64,000 nucleotides of DNA. Source: Mobula hypostoma. Its lineage: Eukaryota. The position numbers and the translations under genes are program-made. The DNA is taken from the NCBI RefSeq assembly GCF_963921235.1, contig NC_086097.1, forward strand, positions 86,926,001 to 86,990,000, given 5' to 3'. Under the pieces are notes generated by a model. The model did not search any database and was not told where the DNA came from. It saw only the letters and a program-made list of their open reading frames with translations. Below, one piece after another: positions 38,249 to 51,599 of the stretch (positions within the stretch are counted from its first letter, which is position 1; every line of letters begins with the position of its first letter).

Positions 38249-38648
38249 TGTTGCACGGGGTGACTGAGGAGAATCCAAGTACAGGACACCAGCACGTCGA
38301 CTGAGTTGGGGATGCAGGCATAAACGTGAACGTAGAACAGCAAGCCGGAGGAATTGTGACAAGGAGACGGGATCTACAGGGCCTATCTTGAAACTAGAGC
38401 AGAATTTGGAACTAAACTTAGAACCAACGGTTCTAAGTGGATGAGAGAATGAAATATCACACAAGAATAGACCAACAAACTGGCGACCTGTGTAGTGATG
38501 CCATCGTACTTATTTCACAGTCTCTGATGCAAACCAGGTGTACCGTAATTAAGTAAACTAGAAGCAAATGGAAATCTAATGGCTGTAATTAGGGCATAAC
38601 CAGGGAGAAAGGAGCGTTAAAGGGGAACAACCAAATGGAACCATGACA
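38249..38648. mobile_element. Solo LTR inside the Tc1 ORF
   Basis: TGTTGCA...CCATGACA ends, 5-bp TSD CATCA; the Tc1 frame rejoins across it. Confidence 0.88.
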
Positions 38649-40019
38649 CATCAAGAAATAGAAAGAATATGGCACTGCTGTAAATCTGCTTAGAGCTGAC
38701 CATCCTCAAAAACTCTGTGACTATGCAAGAAGTGGACTAGTGAGGGAAGCTATCAAGAGACTATGACAACCCTGGAAGAGTTACATTCTTCAGTGGTTGA
38801 GATGGGAGAGACTGCACATACAACAACTGTTTCCGGGCCATTCATCAGTGGCAAAGAGAAAGCCACTGTTGAAAAAAACTCCCACCAAGTTTTGGCTAGA
38901 GGGACTTTGAAGTCAGCTGGGAGAAGGTTCTATGGTCTGATGAAACCAAAATTGAGCTTTTTGGCCAACAGACTAAATGCCAAGCCAAAAACCACACATC
39001 ATCAAAAACACACAGTCCTCACCATGAAGCATGGTAGTGGTTGTATCATGCTGTGGGGATGCTTCACTGCAGCAGGCCTGCAAGGCTTGTGAAGGTAGAG
39101 GGTAAACTGAATGTATAAAAATACAGGAAATTCTTGAAGGGAAACCTGCTGCAGTCTGCAAGAAAACTGCAACTTGGGAGAAGATGTGTTTTCTATCAAG
39201 ACAATGACCCCAAGCATTAAGCCAAAACTACACAGGAATGCCTTAAAAACAACAAAGTTAATGCCCATACTTCAATCCAATTGAGAATTTGGAAACAAAG
39301 TCTTTTTCTGTTGATCAGTGTCAAAAAAAGCCAAATTAAATCCACTGTGATTCAATGTTGTAAAACAATAAAACATGAAAACTTCCAAGGGGGGGGTGAA
39401 TACTTTTTATAGGCACTGTATGTACTCTGAACTTTGAAAATTGAAGATGTTAGGACCTTATACCCCTAAAGTGTAGGAGAATGAGCAAAGATTTGATAGA
39501 GATATACAAAGTTATGAGGGGTATAGATAGGGGAAATGCAATCAGGCTCTTTCCTCTGAGGTTGGGTGAGATTAGAGGTAGAGGTCATGAGTTAAAGGTG
39601 AAAGATGAAATGTTTAAGGTCAGCATGAGGGGAAATTTCTCACTCAGAAGGTGGTGGGAGAATGGAATGACCTGCCAATGGAAGTAGTGGATGTGGGTTC
39701 GATTTCTGCATTTAAGAGAAATTTGGATAGGTATATGGATGGGTGGGATATGAAGGGATAGGTCATGGAACAGGTCATTGGGACTAGGCAGAGTAACATT
39801 TTGACATGGACTAGATGGGCAGAAGGGTCTGTTTCTGTGCTGCACTGATTATCTAGTAACTGGTTCTTTAAACTGCTTTGGAAAATTTACGACAGGTGGG
39901 AGAAATAAATGACTCATTGACTTTGTGTCATCAACACATGCTCAATTCATTTTTATTTGCTACTCCTAAGAATTATTATTGATCAGTGTGATGGTGTAGC
40001 AAGATCAGAGGCATAAATT

Positions 40020-40549
40020 CAGTGGCCACTTTATCAGGCACACCTGCTCGTTAATGAAAATATCTAATCATGTAGCAGGAACTCAGTGCGTGCAGACAAG
40101 GTCAGGAGGTTCAGTTATTGTTCAGACCAAACATCAGAATGGAGAAGAAATGTGATTTAAGTGACTTTGACCATGGAATGTTTGTTGGTGCCAAATAAGG
40201 TGGTTTGAGAGTGTTAGAAACTGCTGATCTCCTGGGATTTTCATGCACAACAGTCTCTAGAGTTTAGAGTGAATGGCGTGAAAAACAAAGCACATCCAAT
40301 GAGTGGCAGTTCTATGGGTGAGAATGCCTTGTTAATGGAAGGTCAAAGGAGAATTTCTAGACTGGTTTAAGCTAACAGAAAGGTAGCAATAACTCAAATA
40401 ACGAGGCTTTACATTAGTGGTGTGCAGAAGAACGTAGAACACATCAAAACTTGCAGTCAATTGTCTACAGCTGCAGAAGACCATGAACAAACACTCGGTG
40501 GCAAATTTATTAGGTACAGGAAGTGCCTAATAAAGCAGCCTCTCGGTGT
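40020..40549. mobile_element. Tc1-like MITE
   Basis: CAGTGGCCACTTTAT.AGG.AC at the left end and a degenerate inverted counterpart near 40523-40549. Confidence 0.65.
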
Positions 40550-40712
40550 ATCCTGTGAGGAGAAAATAGACTCTCAATTTATTCAATGCAAGTCATAAAT
40601 GGAGAATAGCCAATAACAATAGTGCTAGCAGTGACCATTCCTGCTAATGAATTAATAATTTTACTAATAGAGATGTTGGCCATAACTCTTGGAGAAAAAG
40701 ATGGAACATGAC

Positions 40713-40829
40713 TCTAAAAGAAATTTCCAAGATTTCCCCTCCCCAAATATCCATGCCACTGTGATATTGTCCAAGTTCATTGAAGTAACCCTGGTTATTG
40801 CAAACAGTCCTCCTGCCATTTTATGTGAG
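40713..40829 (-). pseudogene. GALNT11: GALNT11-like pseudo-exon (MAGGLFA...WGGE.LEISFR, Gal/GalNAc-T motif)
   Basis: ttcctctag|[10 protein letters not shown] [1-nt deletion near 40796] [28 protein letters not shown]|gt. Not in the ORF track. Confidence 0.93.
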
Positions 40830-41256
40830 CTAGAGGAACAAAAACAATCTTTGAAACTGCAATGTTATCCAGATGAATCTATTTTCTATTTATTTATTTT
40901 ATTTAGAGATACAACATGGTAACAGGCCCTACCGGCCCAATGAGCCAGCACCACCCATTTAAACCCATGTGACCAATTAACCTACTAACCCATGCATCTT
41001 TGGAATGTGGAAGGAGACCAGAGAAAACCCATGGGGTTAGAAGGAAAATGCACTAACTTCCTATGGACAGCAGCAGACTAGAACCTGGATCACTGCCATT
41101 ATGCTAACCACTGTGCTATTGAGCCACCCAGAAGGCAAGCATTTTTCTAGTTTCTTTTGATAAGTAGTACCCGCACATTCTATTAAAGCATGCTGCATTC
41201 CTCCAAGTTCATTTCTCCATTGAAAAATCATTGGAATGAAATAACAAGGTAATTAC

Positions 41257-41488
41257 AGGAATAACTCAGTCGCTCTGTTAGGTCAGTTCAGAAATGAAGC
41301 AAGCACAGGATCCCATTTCAAGTGCAGTCCCCAATTAAACTCACCTTTCACTATTGGAGGTGAGCTATATATCAGTACATCAGTATTTATGCTAACAATT
41401 AGTGAGCACACTACAGCGCCATCATTCTTTATTAGAGCCAATAGAGGTTGCAACTTTAAGTGACTGTCAATAAACACCAGTACATCAC
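41257..41488 (-). pseudogene. GALNT11: GALNT11-like pseudo-exon (DxH motif exon)
   Basis: ttttccag|[20 protein letters not shown]...[36 protein letters not shown]|gtaatt. There is an in-frame deletion after DSH and a TGA at 41285-41283. Confidence 0.93.
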
Positions 41489-41784
41489 CTGGAAAATATA
41501 AGAAACTATAGTTCTGAAAACAACGCGTAAGTTAAACAAAGCTAAAAAAAAATTAAATACAATGTCACCAGATAAAGCTAAACCATGACTACCAGAGCAG
41601 ATAGAAATGACTGAATACACTTTGCTGAAAAGTTAGCTACACAAACAGTAATCAACCTATAGATGGATTCCTGTTCTACAGTATTACAGGCAAGAGTAAG
41701 ATGATTTGATGTTCAAGTGAGAAGGGCTAACTACAAGTTATTTCTGAACACTAGAGCCAAAGTGGCCTTCCTGACCATACAAAG

Positions 41785-44440
41785 TAACAACATAGAACAG
41801 TACAGCACAGAAACAGGTCATTTGGCCCATAATGTTATGCCGAACCAGCTAAAAAGCAAATCAACCAACACTCAAACACTAATTCATCCTACATATAATA
41901 TCCATATCTCTTTGTCTCCCTTACATCCATGTGCCAATCTAAATGTCTCTTAAAAGCCTCTAATGTATTTGCCTCCACCACCATACCAGGCAGCACATTC
42001 CAGGCATCCGCCACTCTGAGTCAAAACTTACACCTATCCCCTCTCACCTTCAATGCATGCCCTCTGGTATTAGGCATTTCAACCCTGAGAAACAGATACT
42101 CCCTGTCTACTCTGTTTGCCTCTCATAATCTTATAAACCTCTATCAGATTTCCCCTCGGCCTCTGCCGCTCCAGAGAAAACAAGCCAAGGTTATCCAGAC
42201 TCTCATGATAGCACATGCCCTCTAAACCAGGCAGTGTCCTGGTAAACCTCTTCTGTTCCCTCTCCAAAGCCTCAAAGTCCTTCCTATAGTTGGGCAACCA
42301 TAACTGCATGCAATATTGCAGTTGAGGCCTAAGCAGAGTTTTGATAAAGTTGCAACATAGCTCATTGACTTCTGAACTCAGTATCTCAACTAATAAAAGC
42401 AAGCCTTCCACAAGCTTCCTTAACTTCTTCATCAACCTGTGCAGCCACTTTAAAGGAACTGTGAACTTGGATCCCAAGATCTCTCTGCTCAGCAGCACTG
42501 TTAATGACCTTGCCCTTAACAGTGTACTGTTTCTATATTTGCCCTACCATGGTAATCCACTCATCTACATTTTCATCCAACTCATTTATATATATATATA
42601 TCTATCACAAATAGCAGAAGTCCCAGCACAGGTCCCTGCAGAACTCCACTAATTTCAGACTTCCAGCTTGAATAAGTCCCTTCAACAACTACCTTCTGTC
42701 ATACAGGTACAAGAGAGTTCTGAACTCAAACAGTCAATTCACCACAGACCCCATGCATTTTCATCTTCTGAATTAACTTCCCATGATGGACTTTGTCAAA
42801 CGCCTAACTAAAATCCATATAGACAAAATCTATTGCCCTACCCTCATTAATCTCTCCGGTCACCTTGTCAAAAATCTCAGTCAAGTTAGTAAGACACGAC
42901 CCACTCTTCACAAAGCCATGTTGGCTCTCTCTAATTAGACCATGGATTTTCAAATGCTCATATATCCTATCCCTCCAAATTTTCTCCAGCAATTCCCCTA
43001 CAACTGACAAGAGACTCACCAGTCTATAGTTCCCAGGATTTTCCCTTGTTCCCTCCTTAAGTAGAGCAGCAATATTGGCCACTCGCCAGTCCTCCTGGAC
43101 CTTGCCTGCGGCTAGAGAGGACGTGAGGATACTGGTCAAAGGTCCTTGCCCTTTTCAATAACCTGGGGTAAATTCCATTAGGCCCTGGGGACTTATCCAC
43201 CTTCATGCTCATTAGGAGGCCCAACACTTCCTCCTCCTTGATCTCTAAACGTCCTAATGTATTTATGCAGTCAGCACTGATCTCTTGGTCCTCCATATTG
43301 CTTTTCCTTGGTAAATACTGAAGCAATGTACTCATTAAGAATCTCACTCATACTCTCTGCATCCAAGCAAGTGTCCCCCCGCTCCCTTTTATTCTTGAGT
43401 GGTCCCACCCTCTCCCTAATTATCCTTTTACTCTTGATTTATGTATAGAATGCCTTGGGATTCACCTAGATCCTAATTGCCAAAAATTTTTCATGGCCCC
43501 TCCAGGCTTTCCTAATTCCCTTCTTTAGTTTGTTTCTGGCTTCTTTCTACTCCTCATCTGCTTTGTTTGATGCTAACTTCCAAAACTTTGCATACTTCTT
43601 GACTAAATTCATATCCAAGGTTCTCTTATCTCTCTATCCCCATCCTTCTTTCTGACAACAACATACGTTTCCCATACTCTTGTGCAATTGATCTTTAGGA
43701 ACCCTCCACATGTCTGATGTGGTGTTGCCAGAAAAAAAAGGTGTTTCCAATTAACTCTACTTAGTTCCTGAACTAACGTCCCTGTAATTTGCCCAACTCC
43801 AATTTAAAACTCTTCCACAAGGACCATACCTACCCTGAAAGTTATTGTGTTGTGGTCACTGTTCCTTAACTGTTCATCCACTGTAAGGTCAGTCACCTGG
43901 CCGGGCTTCATTACCCAACACCAGGGCCAGTATGGCTCCTGCCCTGACTGAACCAACTGCACATTGATTTTAGAAACCTTTCTGGATACACTTAACAAAT
44001 TCTATAGTACAATCCCATCAGTGTGAATGCACCCTTTCTTTTCCCGAGTTCTATCCTAATGAACTCAGTCTCTCCATTATGGCTTCCATAAATGCAGTTG
44101 AGATATTGTCCCTAATTAGCAGTGCAACTCAAATGCCTCCCCCCCTCCACACCTCCTTTCCCTCCTCCTCTATCTTTCCCAAAACTTCAAAAGCCTGGTA
44201 CATTAATCACACATTTCTTTGCCTCTCTCAACCAAGTTTCAGTAATGGCCACAACACTGTAGTTCCATGTACTTATCCATGCTCTAAGTTCATCACCCCC
44301 ACCCATAATATTCCTAGCATTAAAAGATACACACTTCAAATTATTCAAGCCATCATACCTGTTATTTCAATTTTGCCTTTCAGCCCTTTCCCTGACATCT
44401 ACCTACACGTTCAATCCTCCCCTTACTGCCTTGGTGCACT
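41785..44440 (-). mobile_element. Degenerate CR1 LINE
   Basis: KSPGPNGIYPRLLK; NYRLVSLLSVVG; QHGF; LQYCMQLW. Confidence 0.88.
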
Positions 44441-44547
44441 GTCCACTTAGGAAAAGGGAAATCTTTCAATGGGCTGCATTTTTAAATAAAAACAGAAGCC
44501 ATCCATACTGGATGTTTCAATAACTCCAAAACAGGAACTCTCCTTTG

Positions 44548-45528
44548 TGTTGCAAGGACGTGGCTAGGAACAGACCCAAGTGCAAGATAGAGACACTGAA
44601 GTACTAGGGACAGGACTAGGGTACAGGGTGAGGGCAAGGACATGGACAAGTAAACCGGGAACCAGGAACAGGACTGGACAAGAGATCTAGGAGCCCGGGC
44701 TTGGACTCCGAGCCAGAGACTGGACAAGGACCCAGTACCTGGGTCTTGCTTCTGGCTCGGACCCCAGAACTAGGCAAGGACGAGGCTTGGCTGGCAGGCA
44801 GAACGAGGCTGGAGTCTTCTGGCTTGAGGCTAGAGGCTGGAAAATTGAGGCGAGGCTTGGCAGGAGGCAGGAGGCTGGAGACTTGACTGGAGGCCAGAGG
44901 CTAGAGGCTCCTCCTGGGCAGGGTGCGGTACTCCTGGGCAGGGCCCGGATCACCACCTGACAGAGGCAAGGGACAGGAAAGGACAGAACCAACCATAGGT
45001 AACGACAATACGGCCTGGCTTACCTGACGGAGGCAAGGGACAGGAAGGGACAGAACCAACTGCAGGTAACAGCAAGACAGCCTGGCTTACCTGGGCGGAG
45101 GCAAGGGACAGGAAGGGAGCTAGGTACAGGGTGGCTCCAGGACAAGCCTGCAGGCGAGACAAGGTGAGAGTTACCAGCAAGACAAGGCAAGGCTTCAGGC
45201 AATGCAAGACAAAACGAGAACTTCGGGTGAGGCGAGAGTTACCGGCAAAACTAGGCAAGGCTTCAGGCAATGCGAGGCGAGAGTTACCAGCAAGGCTTCA
45301 GGTGAGGAAACAGAAGGCAGAGGAAGGGATACAAGGATAAGGACAAGAACAATCCAGCTGCCACGCCTTGGTCTCTGAAGGTATTTATGCAGCCAACCCC
45401 AACAAGCATCAGCTGCCTCAAATAGAGCTCAACAAGAACAGAAACAGGGTAGACAGGAAAACCTGGAGCAAGGATCGATGGACCGGACCGTGAACCGGAA
45501 TACGGACTTCACAGGCCGGACCATGACA
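44548..45528. mobile_element. Solo LTR with internal tandem repeats
   Basis: TGTTGCA...CCATGACA, the same termini as 38249-38648; imperfect TSD TTTG/CTTG; repeats of about 66 bp at 44955-45120. Confidence 0.75.
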
Positions 45529-45719
45529 CTTGGATTGAGTGATAACCTTGATGTTTTCCTTTGACTCAGTATCACAAAGTGATCTTGTCATCGCCACAAT
45601 GGTGCACAATTGGTTTCCATACTTGCCAGTTTACAATGCAACTATACACTAAAAATACTTCCATTTTATAAAGAATTAATTTTCAGAATGTGTGCAATGG
45701 TTCCTGAGGCACTCCATTG

Positions 45720-47200
45720 TCAAGGTCAACCACAGACTTTGTGTCCTAGCTGTCTATGTGATACACAATCCAGTAAGAAAGCCAGGGCAGGAATGCTCCT
45801 CTTGCAGGATGTAGGAAGGCAGGGATACCTCCAGTGTCCCTGATGACTATAACTGGGTGAAGTGCATCCAGCTGTAGCTTTTAACAATCCATGCTAAGTA
45901 ATTGGAGTTGGAACTGGATGAACTCATGATCATTCGGGAGGCTGAAAGGGGGATAGATCGGACATATAGCGAGGTAATTAATCCCAAGGTGCAGGACACA
46001 GGAAATTGGATGACAGTCAGGAAGGGGAAAGGGGTTAACGAGCGAGTGCCGAGTACCCCTGTGGCCATCCCCCTTAACAATAGGTATATTACTTTGGATA
46101 CTGTTGGGGGGATGAGCTAACAGGGGAAAGTCACAGTGGTAGGGTCTCTGACACTGGGTCTGGCTCTGTGACTCAGAAGGGAAGGGGGGAGAAGAGGCGT
46201 GCTGTGGTGATAGGGGATTCATTGTAAGGTGAACAGAAAGGAGGTTCTGAGGGCGAGAACGAGATTTCCGGATGTATGTTGTCTCTGGGTGCCAGGGTCC
46301 AGGATATCTCAGATCAAGTCTGCAGCATTCTTAAGTGGGAAGGTGAACAGCCAGAGGTCATGGTCCATGTAGGTACCAATGACATGGGTCGGACACCTGA
46401 CAAGGCTCTGCAAAGTGAGGTCAGGGAGTTAGGTGCTAAGTTAAAGGGCTGGACCTCCAGGGTTGTGATCTCAGGATTGATGCCCATACCATGTGTAAGT
46501 GAAGCCAGAAATAGGAAGATTATGCAGTTTAACATGTTGCTAAGAATTGGTATAGCTGGGAGGGCATAAGAATTTTGGATCATTGAGCTTTCTTCCAGTG
46601 CAGATGGGACCTTACAGAAGCAAGATACATAAGGTTGTTACAGTAGGTGATTTTAACTGTCCACCTATTGACTGGGATTCCAATTCTGACAAAGGACTAG
46701 ATGGGATAAAGTCTGTCAAATGTGTTCTGGAAGGTTTCCTTCACCAGTATGTAGAAGTCCCAATGAGACAGCGTGTGAAACTTGTTTTGCTATTAGGGAA
46801 GGAGACAGGGCAAGTGACAAAAGTTTGTGCAGGGGAATATTTTGCATCTAGTGACCGGAATGGCAGTAGTTTCAAAGTAATTATACAAAAAGATCTGTCT
46901 GGTCCGTGGGTTGAGCTTCTAAATGGGAGAAGGGCCAATTTTGATGATATCAGGAATGATCTGGCAAATGTGGATAGGGACAGAATGTTTTCTGGCAAAT
47001 GTGTACTTGGTAAGTGGGAGGCCTTCAAATGCAATATTTTGAGAGTACAAAGCTTATATGTGCCTATCTGAATAAAAAATAGAGATATTAAGTGATATTG
47101 AAGAGCTATTCAAGAGATATTGAAGATTGCAAGGGACAAAATTGGTCCTCTGGATGATCAGAGACAAAAGAGATCAGAATGGTAATCCATGTGTAGAACC
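45720..47200 (+). mobile_element. CR1 ORF1 esterase and APE fragment
   Basis: VIGDSL, LGARVQDI, VHVGTND, VGDFNCPPIDW. Confidence 0.85.
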
Positions 47201-47289
47201 AAAAGAGATGTGGCAGAGCATATCACAGATTCACTACTCTCTGGCTAAAAAAAATTCCTCCTTACCTCCGTTCTAAAAGGTCTTATAAA

Positions 47290-47760
47290 GGCTCAGCATT
47301 ATCTCCTTGCTTTTATATTGTTGAGAGGGATGGCTGCAGGTGTGTTCTCCGCTATCTGACGTTCTCTTTTCCCTCTCCTGATAGTCACCTCCTGTAACTC
47401 TAGAGTGACTACCACACTGTAACTCCTGTCTATCACTGCTTCATTTTCCCTCACAAGCTGAAGGTCATCGAGCTGCAGCTCCATTTCCCTAACATGGTCT
47501 CTAAGGAGCTGCACCTTGATGTACCTGGTGCAGATGTGGCCATTGGAGAGGCTGAAAGTCTCCTGGAAATCCCACATCTAACAACCAGAACTGAATACCG
47601 GCTCTGTAGACATACCCACTATTCTCTCAAGATTTAAATAATAAATAAGCAGCGAACTTACTATCTACCTTGCCTCTGCCTGTTGTCGCTGAAGCCTTGT
47701 AGAGCCAAAGCCTTACTGCTCTGCCTCAGACTACTCTGACGATGGCTGCTCCGCTAGTTG
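47290..47760 (-). mobile_element. CR1 5' end / ORF1 N-terminus
   Basis: MWDFQE..HICTRY..QLLRDHVREMELQLDDL, homologous to 10709-11035. Confidence 0.75.
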
Positions 47761-48339
47761 TTACCTCTCTGTTATAGAGTTTTTAAAGCTCTTTGCAGGA
47801 CCTGCGTGGGAACACTTCTGTGGCATCTGTGCAGTACTACAATCAACAACTCATGTTGAAAAAATTCCTGCTTTTTAAAGCTTTTTCCCAGACCTGCGCA
47901 GGAATAGTTATCTTAGCATTTATTGTGCATTTCTTATTTATCTCAATAAGCATGCAATGTTGGTACCGGAATGTGTGGTGACACTTGCGGGCTGCCCCCA
48001 GCACATTGTTTGTTGTTAACAGAAATGACTCATTTCACTGCATGTTTAGATGTACATTAGATAAATAAATGAATTTGAATCTGAAATGTTGGTGAGTATC
48101 CTTCCTGAAATTTGTGAAGATATTCCCAATTTTATTAAATTAAGAGCTCCATAACTAAGTCCTGGTGGAAATGATGCTCATATATTTCAAAGTTAGGACA
48201 GTGTGTGAGAGCACGTAGTGGAGTACCCATGTGCTTCTTGACTTAGTTTCTGATGACAACGTAATGAGTTTGGAAGATGTAGTTGCGCATAGTCACATTA
48301 CAGCCACAGTGAAACAGTGGTGAAGAGAAAGAAAATGTG

Positions 48340-49395
48340 AAGGGTGTGAGTGATGGTGGTGATTGCATTGCCTGTGATGGAAGGCTGTATCCACCACCTT
48401 TTGCAGTGTTTTCATTTCTGGCCATGACACAACCAGTCAGAATACTCTCCGTTGTGCATCTATAGAAACTTGTCAAAGTTTTAGATGACATGTAACATCT
48501 ACGCAAACTTCTAAGCAAGTAGAGGTGCTGTTGTGCCTTCTTTATGATGGTACTTATGTGCTGGCCCCTCTGATATGATAACATCAAGGAATTTAAAGTT
48601 ACTGACCCTCTCCACCTCCAAGTCCCAAATGAGGACTGGCTCATGGACTGCCCACTTTCTTCCTCCTGTAGTCAATAATCAGCTCTTTGGTTTTGCTCTT
48701 GTTGAGTGAGAGGTTGGTGATATGCTACCATTCAATTAGATTTTCAATCTTCTTCCTATATGCCAATTCATCACCATGTTTGATGTGGTCAGCAACAGTG
48801 GTGTAATGGCATAAGCATTAGCCTCACAGTCGTCTCAGGTATAAAATAAGTAGACCTTGTGGTACACCTGTGTTGATGGTGATTCTGGAGAAGTTGTTGT
48901 TGCCAATCAGTACTGACTGGGGTTTTCAGGTGTGGAAATAGAGGATCCAATTGCACAGGGAGGTATCGAGGCCAAGATCCTGGAACTTAGTGTCTAGTTT
49001 TGAATGGATAATACTGTTGAATGCTGAGTTGTAGTCAATGAACACCATCCTGATGTATACATTTTCATTGTTCAGATGTTCCAAGTCTGAGTGAAGAGTC
49101 AATGAAACGGCATCTGCTGTTGACCTATTGTGACAAAAGGCAGATTAGAGTGGATCCAAGTCACTCCTTAGGGAGGAGTTGATTGGCTTCAAGATCAATC
49201 TCTCAAAGCACTTCATCACAGTAAATTTAAGTGCTACTGGAAGATAATCATTGAGGCAGGTTATCAAGTTCTTTTTTGGAACCAATATGATTGAAGTCTG
49301 CTTAAGGATGGATACCTCAGATTGCTGAAGCAAGAGGTTGAAAATGCCCATAAACAATCCAGCCTGTTGATTACCTCAGGCCTTCAGTAATTGGC
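48340..49395 (-). mobile_element. Old Rex/L2-type RT fragment
   Basis: VPKKNLITCLNDYLPVAL..VMKCFERL; KKAQQHLYLLR. Confidence 0.8.
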
Positions 49396-49420
49396 CAGCT
49401 TGAGTAAGCTTGCTTGTGAC

Positions 49421-50762
49421 TAATGTTCCCTCTAATTTTTAGTAGTCAGTGTGCGCAAAAATCTTACTTTGTGCAAATTTTTTTCCTGTGACAAAAACAT
49501 GTGCTCATTGAATGCACACATGGCGCAGTTTATGTAGGTTTACAAAATATTTGACATAAAACTGCACAGAATAACAACAAAATAACATACATATTGAAGT
49601 CACTGTTATTTTTTTCTCTCTCCTGTCTTTAGCATTTACCCATTCTTTGTAAACTCTATCTAGACTAATAAAACTTCCATCCAATTGATTGCTTTTGATT
49701 TCATCAACATATTCAAATGACATTCACCTAAACGGTTTCTCAGCTTGTTTTTCAGTTGATTTATTAGGTTAAAACCTTGCTCACAGTCCGCACTAGATGT
49801 AAGAAAAGTTCCCCCAATGTCCATCAACTGTGCAAGGTCGCAAAACTGTTCATTTTGAAGTACAAATGCCACCATTTGAGCAAAGTTTGAAATCAGTTTG
49901 GATTTAATTTTTTCTTGCATGAAAATTTTGAAATCATTAAACTGTCTAACTGTTACAGTATTTTCAGCTAGAAAATCATGATATTTTAGACATAAGGCAT
50001 TAATTTGTTAATCACCAAATGTGAAGTCACAATCTGCAATTGCGGAGAAATCAAAAGCTGACCATTCTTGTACCTCATCTTCAGGAAACCTTTCTTCTAA
50101 ATGAACACAAAGACTATTTATGAAAGTCAACAGTGAACTTGTATCTACTGTGATGTTTTCTTCACTTTGTTGGCTTAGCAAAACTCTAACTTTGTCACTC
50201 CACAAAACATTGTCTCCCAGATACTGCTTTCTTATCTTGTTAATTTCTGCGCAAAATGAAGTGAATCAATCCGTGTCAGGCCACTCTTTCACAGAATCGT
50301 GCACAGTGCAGCCAGTTCATCAAAGACATCACTTAAAACCTGTAAAGCTACTTTGTATGTGATGTTTATCAACTTCTTGTGACAGTGTTTAGCCACAGGG
50401 TTATTTGACTGATCTCTTTCAATAAAAACTTAGTAAGCTATCTACAGGATTTGAAGCAGATCTTTGTAAACTTTACAATATGAACACTGTCCGCCAAAGA
50501 TGGCTGCCACTGTGATGCAGCTGTACAAACCGGAACAGGAAAGGTGAGGTGACGTAAATTAGTGACGTGCATTGTGGTATTTGAAAAACTGAATAACTAG
50601 TTAACAGAAATATTTAGCTAAAAGGTTATTTTCAATAAGTATAATTATTAATTAGTACATTATTTTAGGTACTAACCTTTTGTGCACACATTCATTTCCT
50701 TTGTGTGCTGGTTGAAAAACGTGTGTGCGCGCACACATGTGCACAGCTTAGAGGGAACATAG
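49421..50762 (-). mobile_element. Internally deleted hAT transposon
   Basis: TIRs ATGTTCCCTCTAA / TTAGAGGGAACAT; 8-bp TSD CTTGTGAC / CTTATAAC (6 of 8 match); dimerisation motif TSSADCEQGFN..NQLKNKLRNRL. Confidence 0.88.
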
Positions 50763-50849
50763 CTTATAACCTAGTTACAACAGTGATAAAGACAGAATGT
50801 GTGGAGAATTAAAATGGCAAGCAACAGAAAGCTCTGGATCATGTCCGTG

Positions 50850-51595
50850 GGCTGATTAAAGTTCTCCGCAAAGTGTTATAAAGAGTAAAACAGAGGCAAG
50901 AGTGGACATTCGACCGCTGGAAAATGAAGTTGGAAAGGTAGTAATGGGGGCCAAAAAATAGCAATAAGTATTTTGCGTTGGTCTTCATTGTGGAAGACAC
51001 TAACAGTATGCTGAAATTCAAGAGTGTAAGGATCAGTCGTGAGTGTAGTTTTTATTACTAAGGAGAAGGTGCTTGGGCAACTGAAATGTCTGAAGTTCGT
51101 TAAGTCACCTGGACCAGATGGAATACACCCCAGGGTTCTGAAAGAGGTAGCTGAAGAGATAGTGGAGGTTTTAGAAATTATTTATTTTTACTTAATGATA
51201 AGGCGCAGAGTATACTGCCCATCCAGCCCTTTGAGCCGAGCAGCCCCAGCAACTCCGACAAGCCTGATTTAACACTGAACTAATCATGGGACAATTTACA
51301 ATGACCAAATTATCTATCTATAACATTGTTGGAGCGTGGGAAGATACTTAAGCACATGGGAAAAACCCATGCATTCCATGGGGAGGATGTACAGACTCCT
51401 TATAGGGGACGCTGGGATTGAACACCAAACTCCGATGCCCTGAGCTGCAATGGTGTTGCACTAATTGCTACACTATCAATCTTTCAAGAATCACTAAATT
51501 CTGGAAATGGGTCCAGAGAACTGGAAAATTGTGAACGCCACTCCACTCTTTAACAAGGGAAGAGGCAGAAGAAAGGAAATTATAGGCCAGTTGTG
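50850..51595 (+). mobile_element. CR1 fragment split by a SINE
   Basis: KSPGPDGIHPRVLKEVAEEIV...GNYRPV. Confidence 0.8.
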
Positions 51596-51599
51596 TAAT

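Larger units (their letters stand above)
37605..39418 (+). mobile_element. Tc1 transposon, degenerate, with nested SINE and solo LTR
   Basis: MESKEHSKQLREKV...IPQSTVKSII; WSDETKIELF; KHGSGCIMLWGCF; QDNDPKH; right end GGGTGAATACTTTTTATAGGCACTG|TA. Confidence 0.9.

Noticed and set aside
44687..45340. Repeat array with ORFs, superficially CRISPR-like or coding
   Set aside because: Tandem repeats inside a solo LTR with no unique spacers; eukaryotic context.
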